Source: Parcubacteria group bacterium M10-OD1-1 (GTDB lineage Bacteria; Patescibacteriota; Minisyncoccia; Moranbacterales; UBA2206). From it: DNA of 64,000 nt. Each line of letters starts with the position of its first letter. Position 1 is the first letter of the stretch. Positions 1 through 8,734 of this stretch are shown here, piece after piece. A program made the translations under genes and the position numbers. The notes beneath the pieces were generated by a model. That model was not told where the DNA came from, did not search any database, and saw only the letters and a list, made by a program, of their open reading frames with translations. Location: positions 137,993-201,992 of the forward strand of contig LSNL01000003.1 of NCBI GenBank assembly GCA_003056145.1, given 5' to 3'.

Positions 1-2
1 TA

Positions 3-143
3 ACTGATATTACGAAAATGGTTGAACTAGGTGCTATGAGTAGCCCAGTTTTTGCTATTAATAATAAAATAATTACGGCTGGTAGAATTCCAAATGAAGA
101 AGAAATTAAATCAGCAATTGAAGAAAATAGTAGCAATAATTAA
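3..143 (+). CDS. 3' end of small thioredoxin-like redox protein (MTH895/ArsE-like), truncated by window edge
   Basis: Manual translation TDITKMVELGAMSSPVFAINNKIITAGRIPNEEEIKSAI..., resembling the C-terminal half of this family; context of DUF318 permeases. Confidence 0.7.
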   Translation, partial: TDITKMVELGAMSSPVFAINNKIITAGRIPNEEEIKSAIEENSSNN

Positions 144-267
144 ATCTAAAAAATATGGAAAAATATACTGGGCGATGTTATGGAAAAAAGGATGAAAATT
201 TTAATGTTTAAGGTTGGATTTTTTGTAAAAAAATAGCTTTAATTTTAATCAATTAAAAAAGCGAAAG

Positions 268-531
268 ATGAAAAGAAAAGAAGCAGGAAAAAATGAACTA
301 ACTTTGTTTGATCTAAGAATAGGACGAGAAGGGATTGTTGGAGAAATTTTAGCTCCTTATTTCATTAAAGAAAGACTGCATCATTTGGGTATCATTAGTG
401 GTATCATGATTACTCCAATTGAAGCTACTCCTTTAGGTTCTCCCAGGGTTTACCTATATTTACATACTCAAATTGCGATTAGAAATGATTTAGCTAGAAA
501 AATTAGAATAAAGTATGTTGATAAAAACTAA
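268..531 (+). CDS. feoA: Ferrous iron transport protein A
   Basis: RLHHLGIISG...TPLGSP...IAIRNDLARKI FeoA pattern; feoB downstream. Confidence 0.85.
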   Translation: MKRKEAGKNELTLFDLRIGREGIVGEILAPYFIKERLHHLGIISGIMITPIEATPLGSPRVYLYLHTQIAIRNDLARKIRIKYVDKN

Positions 532-605
532 AATTCTAAGAATGCTTTAATAGAAAGAATTAATAGCTGAAATAAAAAAGATTAATCTTGAACAAAATAA
601 AAATA

Positions 606-1019
606 ATGAAAGTTAAAAAAGCAATTCGGAAAAGTTTAAATAGCTTAAAAACAATGGTGCCAATTTTAATTGGAATTTTATTATTAGTAAATTTAATTAC
701 TGTTGCATTTAGTGATAGTTATTCAAAGTTATTTACAGGAAATTATATTAGAGATTCTTTTATTGGTGCGTTGGCAGGAAGTGTTTCTTTCGGAATTCCC
801 GTAACTAGTTATATTATTGGAGGGGAACTATTAAAGGATGGTGTTAGTTTATTAGCGGTTACAGCTTTTATTTTAGCTTGGTCAACAGTTGGATTCGCAA
901 TGTTACCACTAGAGATATCTTTTTTAGGAAAAAAATTTGCTATCGTTCGTAATATTATCAATTTTATTTTTTCGATTATAATTGCAAGTATAGTAGTTTT
1001 AATTTTAAAAATAGTCTAG
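606..1019 (+). CDS. DUF318/ArsP-type permease, half-size
   Basis: Hydrophobic, GALAGSVSFG.P..SY..GGELLKDGVS motif; ATG at 606 preferred over TTG at 588. Confidence 0.7.
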   Translation: MKVKKAIRKSLNSLKTMVPILIGILLLVNLITVAFSDSYSKLFTGNYIRDSFIGALAGSVSFGIPVTSYIIGGELLKDGVSLLAVTAFILAWSTVGFAMLPLEISFLGKKFAIVRNIINFIFSIIIASIVVLILKIV

Positions 1020-1030
1020 GTTTTAAAAAT

Positions 1031-1552
1031 ATGTTAAATAAACTACAATTGAAAAAAATTCCAGGAACAGTTAAATTTTTAATTGGTGTGCTTTTTATTT
1101 ATGGTTTGATATTTTTTATTAATAAATCCTTGATTATTTCTGGAATTGAAAAAACTTACTGGATGCTTCTTAAGATTGTTCCCTTGTTGATATTTGTTTT
1201 GGTGATTATGATAATAGTAAATCTATACGTTGATTCTGGAAAAATTAAAAAACATTTAGGGAAGGAATCTGGTTTTAGGGGGTGGATTTATGCTATAATA
1301 ATAGGAATTTTAATTTCTGGACCACCATATATTCTTTATCCAATGCTAAAAGAATTTAAAGAAAATGGTATGAAGAATAGTTTATTGGCAGTGTTTTTAT
1401 ATAATAGAAATGTAAAAATTGCTTTTATCCCTGTGATGATTTATTATTTTGGATTGAAATTTACTATAATAATATCACTAGCTATAATCTTATTCTCTAT
1501 TTTAAATGGTTTATTGATTGGATTTTTTGTAAAAGATGAATCACTTATATAG
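1031..1552 (+). CDS. DUF318/ArsP-type permease, half-size
   Basis: IKKHLGKESG...GILISGPPYILYPMLKEFKENG motif; multiple TM segments. Confidence 0.7.
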   Translation: MLNKLQLKKIPGTVKFLIGVLFIYGLIFFINKSLIISGIEKTYWMLLKIVPLLIFVLVIMIIVNLYVDSGKIKKHLGKESGFRGWIYAIIIGILISGPPYILYPMLKEFKENGMKNSLLAVFLYNRNVKIAFIPVMIYYFGLKFTIIISLAIILFSILNGLLIGFFVKDESLI

Positions 1553-1588
1553 ATTAATGATTTTTTAAATGAGTTTAAATTAGAAAAT

Positions 1589-3385
1589 ATGTTTAAAGAT
1601 ATGCACATTGCTTTAATGGGCAATCCCAATTCTGGTAAAACCTCCTTGTTAAATTCTTTAGCAGGGCTAAAATTACATGTGGGAAATTGGCCGGGGAAAA
1701 CTGTTGAACGTAAAGAAGCTAAAATTAATTTTGCAGGTCAAGAATTAAAAATTACTGATTTGCCAGGAACTTATAGCTTGTCGTCTTTTAGTGAGGAGGA
1801 AAAAATAGCTGGTAATTTTATTATTAAAAATAATCCTGAAGTTATTATTCAAATTGCAGATGTAAATTCATTAGAAAAGAGTTTGTTTTTATTTTTTGAG
1901 ATTTTAGCTTTAGGAAAAAAAGTTGTTTTAGCTTTTAATTTTAATAAAGAAAGTAAAGCTAAAGGCATAAAAATAAAAATTAGAAAGTTGGAAGAAATTC
2001 TAGGAGTGCCAATAGTAAAAATTGAAGCTAATACTGGAGAAAATAAAGGAGTTCTTTTAAAAACTGTTATTCATACTCAGAAAAATAAATTTCAAGAACC
2101 AACTTATTTAAAGGAGTTACTAAATAAAGATCAAAAAATTAGTCATAGTCGGGCAATGAAGTTTATCAAAAAAAATGTTTATCCTGCTTATAAAAATAAA
2201 AATAAAAATCAGAAATCAAAAAAAATTGATAGAATTATTTTAAATAAATTTACTGCTTTTCCTATCTTTTTAGCTTCAATGTTTCTTCTATTTCAGATAA
2301 CTTTCGTTGTTTCTACTCCAATAACTAAAGGAATAGGGTGGGTAGTTAGTTTTTTCTCTCATTTAATTACTAATAATTTTTCTGGTTGGCTAGCTTCTTT
2401 TTTTTCACAAGGAGTTTTAGGCGGTATGGGTTCGGTCTTATCTTTTGTTCCCTTAATCTTTATTTTATTTTTCTTAATTGCAATTATTGAAGACTCTGGT
2501 TACTTAGCGAGAATAATTGTTTTATTGGATAGGCTTTTTGCTAAACTGGGTGTTTCTGGGCGTTCGTTCATTCCGATGATTTTAGGTTTCGGCTGTAATG
2601 TCCCAGCTATTTTAGCTACTAGAACAATTAAAAATAGAAGAGAAAGAATGATTGCTATTTTCATCAATCCTTTTATATCTTGCTCAGCACGATTAGCTGT
2701 TTATGTTTTATTCACTGCTATTTTCTTTCCAGGAAAAGAAATATACGTTATTATGTTTCTTTATTTACTAGGAGTTGTAACTGCTTTAATGGCTACCTTA
2801 ATACTTTCTAAATTAGTTCCTGATAAGAAAGAAGAAGTTTTAATTATTGAATTACCACCATACAGAAGACCAACTCTAAAAAATGTTTTCAATCGTGCTT
2901 GGTGGCAAACGAGTTTATTCATCAAAAAGGCGGGAACGATTATTTTTCTAGCTATTATAGTAGTTTGGTTATTAGCTAGTTTACCACCAGGTACTCATTA
3001 TGGCTCTGTCGGCAGTTGGTTGGGAACAATTGGACAATGGGTCGCTCCTATTTTTAAGCCTCTTGGTTTTGGTAATTGGGTTTTTGCAGTGGCGCTTATT
3101 TTTGGATTGGTGGCCAAAGAAGCAATTATTGGAGCCTTAGGTACATTGACAGGAGCTGGTGGCGTAGGTTTGTTAGTAACCTTACCTCATTTGATATCTC
3201 CTTTGGGGGCCTTATCTTTTCTAGTTTTTGTTTCACTCTATATGCCTTGTTTGGCAACGATTGGAGCAATTAAATCGGAAACTAATCAATGGCGTTTTAT
3301 TATTGGACAAACTATAACGACAATTATAGTCGCTTGGCTTTTTGCTGGGGTAGTTTTTTATGTCGGTAAATTCTTAATGGGTTAA
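1589..3385 (+). CDS. feoB: Ferrous iron transporter B
   Basis: G1 GNPNSGKT, VGNWPGKTVE, DLPGTYSL; membrane motifs LGFGCNVPA, PFISCSARL, ELPPYR. Confidence 0.95.
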   Translation: MFKDMHIALMGNPNSGKTSLLNSLAGLKLHVGNWPGKTVERKEAKINFAGQELKITDLPGTYSLSSFSEEEKIAGNFIIKNNPEVIIQIADVNSLEKSLFLFFEILALGKKVVLAFNFNKESKAKGIKIKIRKLEEILGVPIVKIEANTGENKGVLLKTVIHTQKNKFQEPTYLKELLNKDQKISHSRAMKFIKKNVYPAYKNKNKNQKSKKIDRIILNKFTAFPIFLASMFLLFQITFVVSTPITKGIGWVVSFFSHLITNNFSGWLASFFSQGVLGGMGSVLSFVPLIFILFFLIAIIEDSGYLARIIVLLDRLFAKLGVSGRSFIPMILGFGCNVPAILATRTIKNRRERMIAIFINPFISCSARLAVYVLFTAIFFPGKEIYVIMFLYLLGVVTALMATLILSKLVPDKKEEVLIIELPPYRRPTLKNVFNRAWWQTSLFIKKAGTIIFLAIIVVWLLASLPPGTHYGSVGSWLGTIGQWVAPIFKPLGFGNWVFAVALIFGLVAKEAIIGALGTLTGAGGVGLLVTLPHLISPLGALSFLVFVSLYMPCLATIGAIKSETNQWRFIIGQTITTIIVAWLFAGVVFYVGKFLMG

Positions 3386-3399
3386 TTTTTTAAAATTTT

Positions 3400-4371
3400 A
3401 TGCATATCTTTTATCCTTTCCAATGGTTGGCAGACTGGCTGACCTTTAAATTGTTGGCTTTAAATGTAGGCTCACATTTAGCGAATTCGGTTCAGTTTTT
3501 CTTTTTTGATTCTTTTAAAATTTTAGCTTTGATTGTGGTCATTACGCATTTAATGAGTTGGTTACGCTATTATTTGCCAATTGAAAAATTGCGAGATTTT
3601 TTGACCAAACATAAATTTTACGGGTTAGATTATTTCTTGGCAACTGTTTTTGGAGCTGTTACGCCTTTTTGTTCTTGTTCATCTATTCCACTTTTCATCG
3701 GTTTTATCGAAGCTGAAATTCCTTTAGGTGTAACTTTTTCTTTCTTAATTACTTCGCCTTTAGTTAATGAAGTAGCGTTAGCTTTATTCATTGGAATGTT
3801 TGGTCTCAAAATTACGGTCATTTATGTTTTGGCTGGGATAATTATTGGAATGGTTGGTGGTTTCGTGATTGGGAAGTTACATTTAGAAAAATATGTAGAA
3901 GATTTTGTTTGGAAAATGAAAAGTCAAAAACAAAATCCAGAAGCTAAAAAACTTTCTAGAATAAAAGTTTTTAAAATAATTTCCAACGAAGCTTTTGATA
4001 TTACTAAAAAAATATCTTTGTACGTTTTGGCAGGAGTTGGATTAGGGGCATTTATTCATGGTTATGTCCCGCAAGGATTTTTTGGAAAATATTTGCAAAA
4101 AGCTGGTTGGTGGGGAGTGCCATTAGCAGTTATTTTAGCCGTACCGTTGTATTCAAACGCCAGTGGGGTTATTCCTATTGTTCAGTCCTTAGTAACGAAA
4201 GGAGTACCGATTGGAACAGCTTTGGCTTTAATGATGGCGATTGTCGGTATTTCTTTACCAGAGGCTTTGATTTTAAAAAAGGTTATTAAATGGCAATTAC
4301 TAGCTATCTTTTTTGGGATAGTTACGCTAGGTATAATTATTATTGGATATCTATTTAATATATTTTTGTAA
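3400..4371 (+). CDS. ArsP-like permease (DUF318)
   Basis: TPFCSCSSIP, FLITSPLVNE, GAFIHGYVP, ISLPE motifs. Confidence 0.88.
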   Translation: MHIFYPFQWLADWLTFKLLALNVGSHLANSVQFFFFDSFKILALIVVITHLMSWLRYYLPIEKLRDFLTKHKFYGLDYFLATVFGAVTPFCSCSSIPLFIGFIEAEIPLGVTFSFLITSPLVNEVALALFIGMFGLKITVIYVLAGIIIGMVGGFVIGKLHLEKYVEDFVWKMKSQKQNPEAKKLSRIKVFKIISNEAFDITKKISLYVLAGVGLGAFIHGYVPQGFFGKYLQKAGWWGVPLAVILAVPLYSNASGVIPIVQSLVTKGVPIGTALALMMAIVGISLPEALILKKVIKWQLLAIFFGIVTLGIIIIGYLFNIFL

Positions 4372-4442
4372 TTAAATGATTGAAATTTGATGATATTATT
4401 TTGTAATGTATTATAATAACAATGGAGTTGAGTTAATAGCAC

Positions 4443-4470
4443 TGGACAATATTTTAATCTTTGCTATAAT
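4443..4470 (+). promoter_or_regulatory. sigma70-type promoter for the tRNA pair
   Basis: TGGACA-16 nt-TATAAT with extended -10 TG. Confidence 0.55.
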
Positions 4471-4544
4471 AGAATTCAGTTTTTGAGTAGAAACAGTATT
4501 CATTAAAAATGAGTAAAATTTGAGAATAGAATTAAAATTTAGTT

Positions 4545-4617
4545 GGGCCCTTAGCTTAGTTGGTAGAGCGCCTCGTTTGCACCGAGGAGGTCAGGAGTTC
4601 GAGTCCCCTAGGGTCCA
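4545..4617 (+). tRNA. tRNA-Ala(TGC)
   Basis: Cloverleaf GGGCCCT/AGGGTCC with G3:U70; anticodon arm CCTCG-TT TGC AC-CGAGG; TTCGA T-loop; CCA not encoded. Confidence 0.95.
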
Positions 4618-4656
4618 CAAAAAATAGAATAGATAAAATAGCATCTCAAATATTTC

Positions 4657-4730
4657 GGGCGATTAGCTCAGTTGGTTAGAGCGCATCACTGATAATGATG
4701 AGGTCCCAGGTTCGAGTCCCGGATCGCCCA
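4657..4730 (+). tRNA. tRNA-Ile(GAT)
   Basis: GGGCGAT/ATCGCCC acceptor; CATCA-CT GAT AA-TGATG; discriminator A; CCA not encoded. Confidence 0.95.
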
Positions 4731-4753
4731 CTAGGATGAGAAAAGGTTTTTTA

Positions 4754-4782
4754 TTGACAAAAAATTATAATTGCTATAATAT
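4754..4782 (+). promoter_or_regulatory. Promoter of the secE-nusG-rplK-rplA operon
   Basis: TTGACA at 4754 and TGCTATAATAT; spacing 15-17 nt. Confidence 0.55.
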
Positions 4783-4856
4783 AAAGATGACCAAAAAGAG
4801 CCCGAGAGGGCTTTTAAAAAAGCCTTAAAAATAGATTTAAGATTTTAAAAAACAAT

Positions 4857-5042
4857 ATGAATGTTGTTACTAAGTTTATTAAAGAAGCTCAAGATGAGCT
4901 GAGAAAAGTTAATTGGCCATCTCGTGAGCAAGCTATAAATTATACATTGATAGTTATTGGGGTGAGTATTGCAGTAGCTTTATTTTTGGGTGGATTAGAC
5001 TATTTTTTTGAAGGCTTATTAAAAACATTTATAATAAAATAA
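4857..5042 (+). CDS. secE: Preprotein translocase SecE
   Basis: ELRKVNWPSRE motif plus a single TM. Confidence 0.95.
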   Translation: MNVVTKFIKEAQDELRKVNWPSREQAINYTLIVIGVSIAVALFLGGLDYFFEGLLKTFIIK

Positions 5043-5043
5043 T

Positions 5044-5589
5044 ATGGCAAAGCAAACACAACATCATGGAAGAGCCTGGTATGTTCTTCATACTTATTCT
5101 GGCTATGAAGACAATGTGGCAAGAAACCTAAAGCAAAGAATTGAATCTATGGATATGCAAGATTTAATTTTTGATGTAATGGTTCCAATTGAAAAAAAAA
5201 TCAAAATTAAAAGTGGAAAAAGAACAGTAGTAGAAGAAAGAATTTATCCAGGTTATGTTTTAGTAGATATGATAGTTACTGATGCTTCTTGGTATGTCGT
5301 AAGAAATACTCCAAATGTGACTGGATTTATCGGCTTAGGAACAACTCCAACTCCTGTAGATCCTTTGGAAATTGAAACTTTAAAGAAGAGAATGGGAGTA
5401 GCAGAGCCTAAATATAAAATTGATGTTAAAAATGGTGATTCAGTTAAAATTATTGACGGTCCCTTCAAAGAATTTGATGGAAAGATTGACGAAATAGATG
5501 AAGAGAAAGGGAGAGTAAAGGTTCTAGTTTCAATCTTTGGAAGAGAAACTCCAGTAGAATTAGATTTCTTACAAATTAATAAATTATAA
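5044..5589 (+). CDS. nusG: Transcription factor NusG
   Basis: WYVLHTYSGYE, YPGYVLV, KOW, SIFGRETPVEL. Confidence 0.97.
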   Translation: MAKQTQHHGRAWYVLHTYSGYEDNVARNLKQRIESMDMQDLIFDVMVPIEKKIKIKSGKRTVVEERIYPGYVLVDMIVTDASWYVVRNTPNVTGFIGLGTTPTPVDPLEIETLKKRMGVAEPKYKIDVKNGDSVKIIDGPFKEFDGKIDEIDEEKGRVKVLVSIFGRETPVELDFLQINKL

Positions 5590-5648
5590 ATATTTATATT
5601 TTACAATCTTTATCAGTTAGAAAATTGTAAAATTAGCAGATAAAATAT

Positions 5649-6074
5649 ATGGCTAAAAAAATTAAAACAATTATTAAATTGCAAATTCCAGCTGGAAAAG
5701 CTAATCCAGCTCCTCCTGTTGGACCAGCTTTGGGTCAACATGGTTTAAATATTCAAGAATTTTGCACTAGATTTAATGATGCAACGAAAGATAAAATGGG
5801 TGATATTATCCCAGCAGAAATTACAGTTTTTGAAGATAGATCTTTTGATTTTATCCTAAAAACTCCTCCTGCTTCGGATTTATTAAAAAAAGCAGCGGGA
5901 GTAACTAAAGGAGCAGGAAATCCTTTGAAAGATAAAGTGGGTAAAATTACTAAAGGACAATTAAAAGAAATTGCTAAAAAGAAAATGCCTGATATCAATG
6001 CTAATGATATTGAAGCAGCTATGAAAATTGTTTGTGGAACGGCTAAATCAATGGGAATAAAAATAGAAGAATAA
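5649..6074 (+). CDS. rplK: 50S ribosomal protein L11
   Basis: [23 protein letters not shown]. Confidence 0.98.
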   Translation: MAKKIKTIIKLQIPAGKANPAPPVGPALGQHGLNIQEFCTRFNDATKDKMGDIIPAEITVFEDRSFDFILKTPPASDLLKKAAGVTKGAGNPLKDKVGKITKGQLKEIAKKKMPDINANDIEAAMKIVCGTAKSMGIKIEE

Positions 6075-6094
6075 ATAATTTTTTAAATTAATTA

Positions 6095-6123
6095 AGTGGA
6101 AGACTTCGGTCGTTATTACCACT
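6095..6123 (+). promoter_or_regulatory. Putative ribosomal protein L1 autoregulatory RNA site between rplK and rplA
   Basis: AGTGG-AA-GAC-TTCG-GTC-GTTATTA-CCACT, an asymmetric internal-loop hairpin 10 nt before the rplA ATG, resembling L1-binding leaders. Confidence 0.65.
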
Positions 6124-6133
6124 AAAAAAATAT

Positions 6134-6823
6134 ATGAAACATGGTAAAAAATATAGAACAGTAGCTGAGAAAGTTAATCTTGATAAGATTTATGATTTAG
6201 AAGAAGCAATAAAGCTAATCAAAGAAAATAAAATTGCTAAATTTGACGAGACAGTAGAGGTCCATATTAAATCTAATATCAACCCTAAAAAAGGTGATCA
6301 GCAATTAAGAGGAACAGTTTCTCTTCCTTATGGAACTGGTAAAACGAAAAAAATTGCAGTTATTACTACTACCCATACAAAAGAAGCCAAAGAGTCAGGA
6401 GCAGATATCATTGGGGGAGAAGAAATAGTTGAAAAAATTAAAAATGGTAAATTTTTTGAAGATAAAATTCCAGTAGATGTCTTAGTTGCCACTCCAGAAA
6501 TGATGTCAAAGTTAGCTTCAGTGGCTAAAATTATTGGTCCTAAAGGTTTAATGCCAAGTCCGAAAGCTGAAACGGTTACAACTAAAATTAAAGAAACTGT
6601 TGAAGCTTTAAAAAAAGGAAAAGCTGCTTTTAAAAATGATAATTCTGGTAATGTCCATCAGGCAGTCGGAAAAATTTCTTTTTCAGAGGAAAAGTTAATA
6701 GAAAATATTAAAATTTTTGTAGAAGGAATTGAAAAAGCTAAGCCAGAATCATTGAAAGGAAAATTAATTGCTAATATTAGTATTTGTTCTACAATGGGAG
6801 TAGGAATTAAAATTAAATTATAA
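6134..6823 (+). CDS. rplA: 50S ribosomal protein L1
   Basis: AKFDETVE, RGTVSLPYGTGK, GPKGLMPSPK, STMG. Confidence 0.97.
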   Translation: MKHGKKYRTVAEKVNLDKIYDLEEAIKLIKENKIAKFDETVEVHIKSNINPKKGDQQLRGTVSLPYGTGKTKKIAVITTTHTKEAKESGADIIGGEEIVEKIKNGKFFEDKIPVDVLVATPEMMSKLASVAKIIGPKGLMPSPKAETVTTKIKETVEALKKGKAAFKNDNSGNVHQAVGKISFSEEKLIENIKIFVEGIEKAKPESLKGKLIANISICSTMGVGIKIKL

Positions 6824-6844
6824 AAAACTTTAGTTTATATCTAT

Positions 6845-6871
6845 AAAAATCTGTCGTAAGGCAGATTTTTT
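6845..6871 (+). terminator. Intrinsic terminator after rplA
   Basis: AAAAATCTGTC-GTAA-GGCAGATTTTTT. Confidence 0.8.
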
Positions 6872-6879
6872 ATTTTGAG

Positions 6880-6908
6880 TTGACGAGAATTAAGAGAGTT
6901 GGTAAAAT
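6880..6908 (+). promoter_or_regulatory. sigma70 promoter
   Basis: TTGACG-17 nt-TAAAAT. Confidence 0.6.
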
Positions 6909-6944
6909 AAACTGGTGATTAAAAAATTAAAACTTACTTAAAAA

Positions 6945-7523
6945 ATGAATAATAATAAAATTGTTATTGGTTTAATTGGTGAAAAAGGCGCTGGGAAAGG
7001 GACGGTGGCTAATTATCTAATTGAAAAATATAAAGCTGTCCATTATGGAACTTCAAAAATTTTAAGAAGGACCTTGGAAGATTTGCATGTTCCAATTACA
7101 AGAGATAATTTAGTTAAACTAGCTTTGGTTTTAAAAGAAGGATATGGCCCATCTATTATTATTGATTCTTTAATTCAGGATATGGAAAAAAATGGATCAG
7201 ATATCATCATTGCAGATGGGATTAGGATGCATGGAGATGTAGAACCATTTCGTAAAAAATATGGAAAAAATTTTTATTTAGTCTATGTAACGGCTAATTT
7301 AAAGCTTCGTTATGAAAGAACAAAGATAAGAAAGCAAAATGCTGGCGAAGAAAAAGCTACTTTAGAAGAATTTTTAGAAGAAGAAGGAAAATTGACAGAA
7401 GTTTCTATTCATGAAATTGGTCGGGGGGCCGAATTTAAACTTAATAATAATCACACAGAAAAAGACCTTATTCAACAAACCAATGAAATAATGAAACAGT
7501 TAGGTAAACAAGTAAAAATTTAA
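6945..7523 (+). CDS. P-loop nucleoside monophosphate kinase-like protein (archaeal dephospho-CoA/adenylate kinase-like fold)
   Basis: IGLIGEKGAGKGT Walker A, DGIR, RYER lid. Confidence 0.75.
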   Translation: MNNNKIVIGLIGEKGAGKGTVANYLIEKYKAVHYGTSKILRRTLEDLHVPITRDNLVKLALVLKEGYGPSIIIDSLIQDMEKNGSDIIIADGIRMHGDVEPFRKKYGKNFYLVYVTANLKLRYERTKIRKQNAGEEKATLEEFLEEEGKLTEVSIHEIGRGAEFKLNNNHTEKDLIQQTNEIMKQLGKQVKI

Positions 7524-7535
7524 GAAAAAAGAGTC

Positions 7536-7559
7536 TAAAACACCTAAGAAGGTGTTTTA
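7536..7559 (+). terminator. Terminator-like hairpin
   Basis: TAAAACACCT-AAGA-AGGTGTTTTA. Confidence 0.6.
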
Positions 7560-7564
7560 TAAAA

Positions 7565-7593
7565 TTGACTAAAAAAGATAGAAAAACTATAAT
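7565..7593 (+). promoter_or_regulatory. sigma70 promoter of the deaminase-thyX-tmk operon
   Basis: TTGACT-17 nt-TATAAT. Confidence 0.7.
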
Positions 7594-7657
7594 TAAAAAA
7601 AGAAGACTTAATTAATTCAAAAAATGTTTCTGAAAGGGGGTAGAGATTATAAAAAAT

Positions 7658-8140
7658 ATGAAGAATAATAGACCGTCTTGGGATGAATATTTTCTAGAGT
7701 TAGTAGAATTAGTAGGAAAACGATCTACTTGTGATCGAGGTAAATCCGGATGTGTTATCACTAAGGATAATAGAATTTTATCTACGGGTTATATTGGTTC
7801 TCCAGCAGGAGCAAAACATTGTGATGAAGCTGGACATGAGATGCATGAAGTTATTAATATAGACGGAACTCATACTAAACATTGTATTAGAACAACTCAT
7901 GCAGAGCAAAATGCTATTAGCACAGCGGCTCGTTTTGGCGTAGCTTTAGAAGGAAGCACTCTTTATTGTCATATGACGCCTTGTTATGTATGTGCTAAAA
8001 TAATTATTAACGCTGGAATTAAGAGAGTTGTTTGCAATAAAGATTATCATGCTGGAAAAAGAAGTAAGGAATTATTTCAAGAGTGTAAAATAAAATATGA
8101 ATTAGTTAATAATGAAGTAGAAACATACGAAAATATGTAA
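7658..8140 (+). CDS. dCMP deaminase (ComEB-like)
   Basis: RPSWDEYF, RSTC, HAEQNAI, PCYVC zinc motifs. Confidence 0.92.
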   Translation: MKNNRPSWDEYFLELVELVGKRSTCDRGKSGCVITKDNRILSTGYIGSPAGAKHCDEAGHEMHEVINIDGTHTKHCIRTTHAEQNAISTAARFGVALEGSTLYCHMTPCYVCAKIIINAGIKRVVCNKDYHAGKRSKELFQECKIKYELVNNEVETYENM

Positions 8141-8161
8141 AGTTTTTAGTTAATAATTATT

Positions 8162-8719
8162 ATGATGAATAGAATTATTTTAGGTTTAGCGGGAGAAATA
8201 GCGAGTGGCAAAGGAACAGTTGCTCAATATATCATTGATAATTATCAAGGGAAGTCATATCGGTTTTCAACTGTTTTACGGGACATTACTAAACGAATGC
8301 ATCTTGAAGAAAGTAGAGAAAATTTACAAAAAATATCTACTATTTTTCGTCAAAATTTTTTTGATGATATTTTATCCTCAGTAGTTGCTCAAGATATAAA
8401 AAATGATGATTGTAAAACTATCGCTGTGGACGGAGTAAGAAGAATTGCTGACATTAAATATCTAAAACAATTTCCTAATTTTAAGTTAGTTTATATTGAT
8501 ACTGAAATAGAAATAAGGTATCACAGGATAACTAAAAGAGGAGAAAATACTGATGATAACAAAAAAACTTTTAGTCAGTTTCAAAAAGATCATCAACGAG
8601 AAGCTGAGTTACAAATTAAAAAACTTATAAATAAAGCGGATTTTGTTATAAACAATAATGGGAATTTTAAATCTCTTTATCAGCAAGTAGATGAAATAAT
8701 TAAAAAACTGACTAAATAA
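8162..8719 (+). CDS. Second P-loop NMP kinase-like protein (paralog of 6945..7523)
   Basis: LGLAGEIASGKGT, DGVR, ADFVINNNG. Confidence 0.75.
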   Translation: MMNRIILGLAGEIASGKGTVAQYIIDNYQGKSYRFSTVLRDITKRMHLEESRENLQKISTIFRQNFFDDILSSVVAQDIKNDDCKTIAVDGVRRIADIKYLKQFPNFKLVYIDTEIEIRYHRITKRGENTDDNKKTFSQFQKDHQREAELQIKKLINKADFVINNNGNFKSLYQQVDEIIKKLTK

Positions 8720-8734
8720 ATTTAAATTAAATAT

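Noticed and set aside
4796-4815. GAGCCC-GAGA-GGGCTT hairpin before secE as a NusG-responsive attenuator
   Set aside because: U-tract is short and there is no alternative structure; cannot be told apart from a stabilising 5' hairpin.
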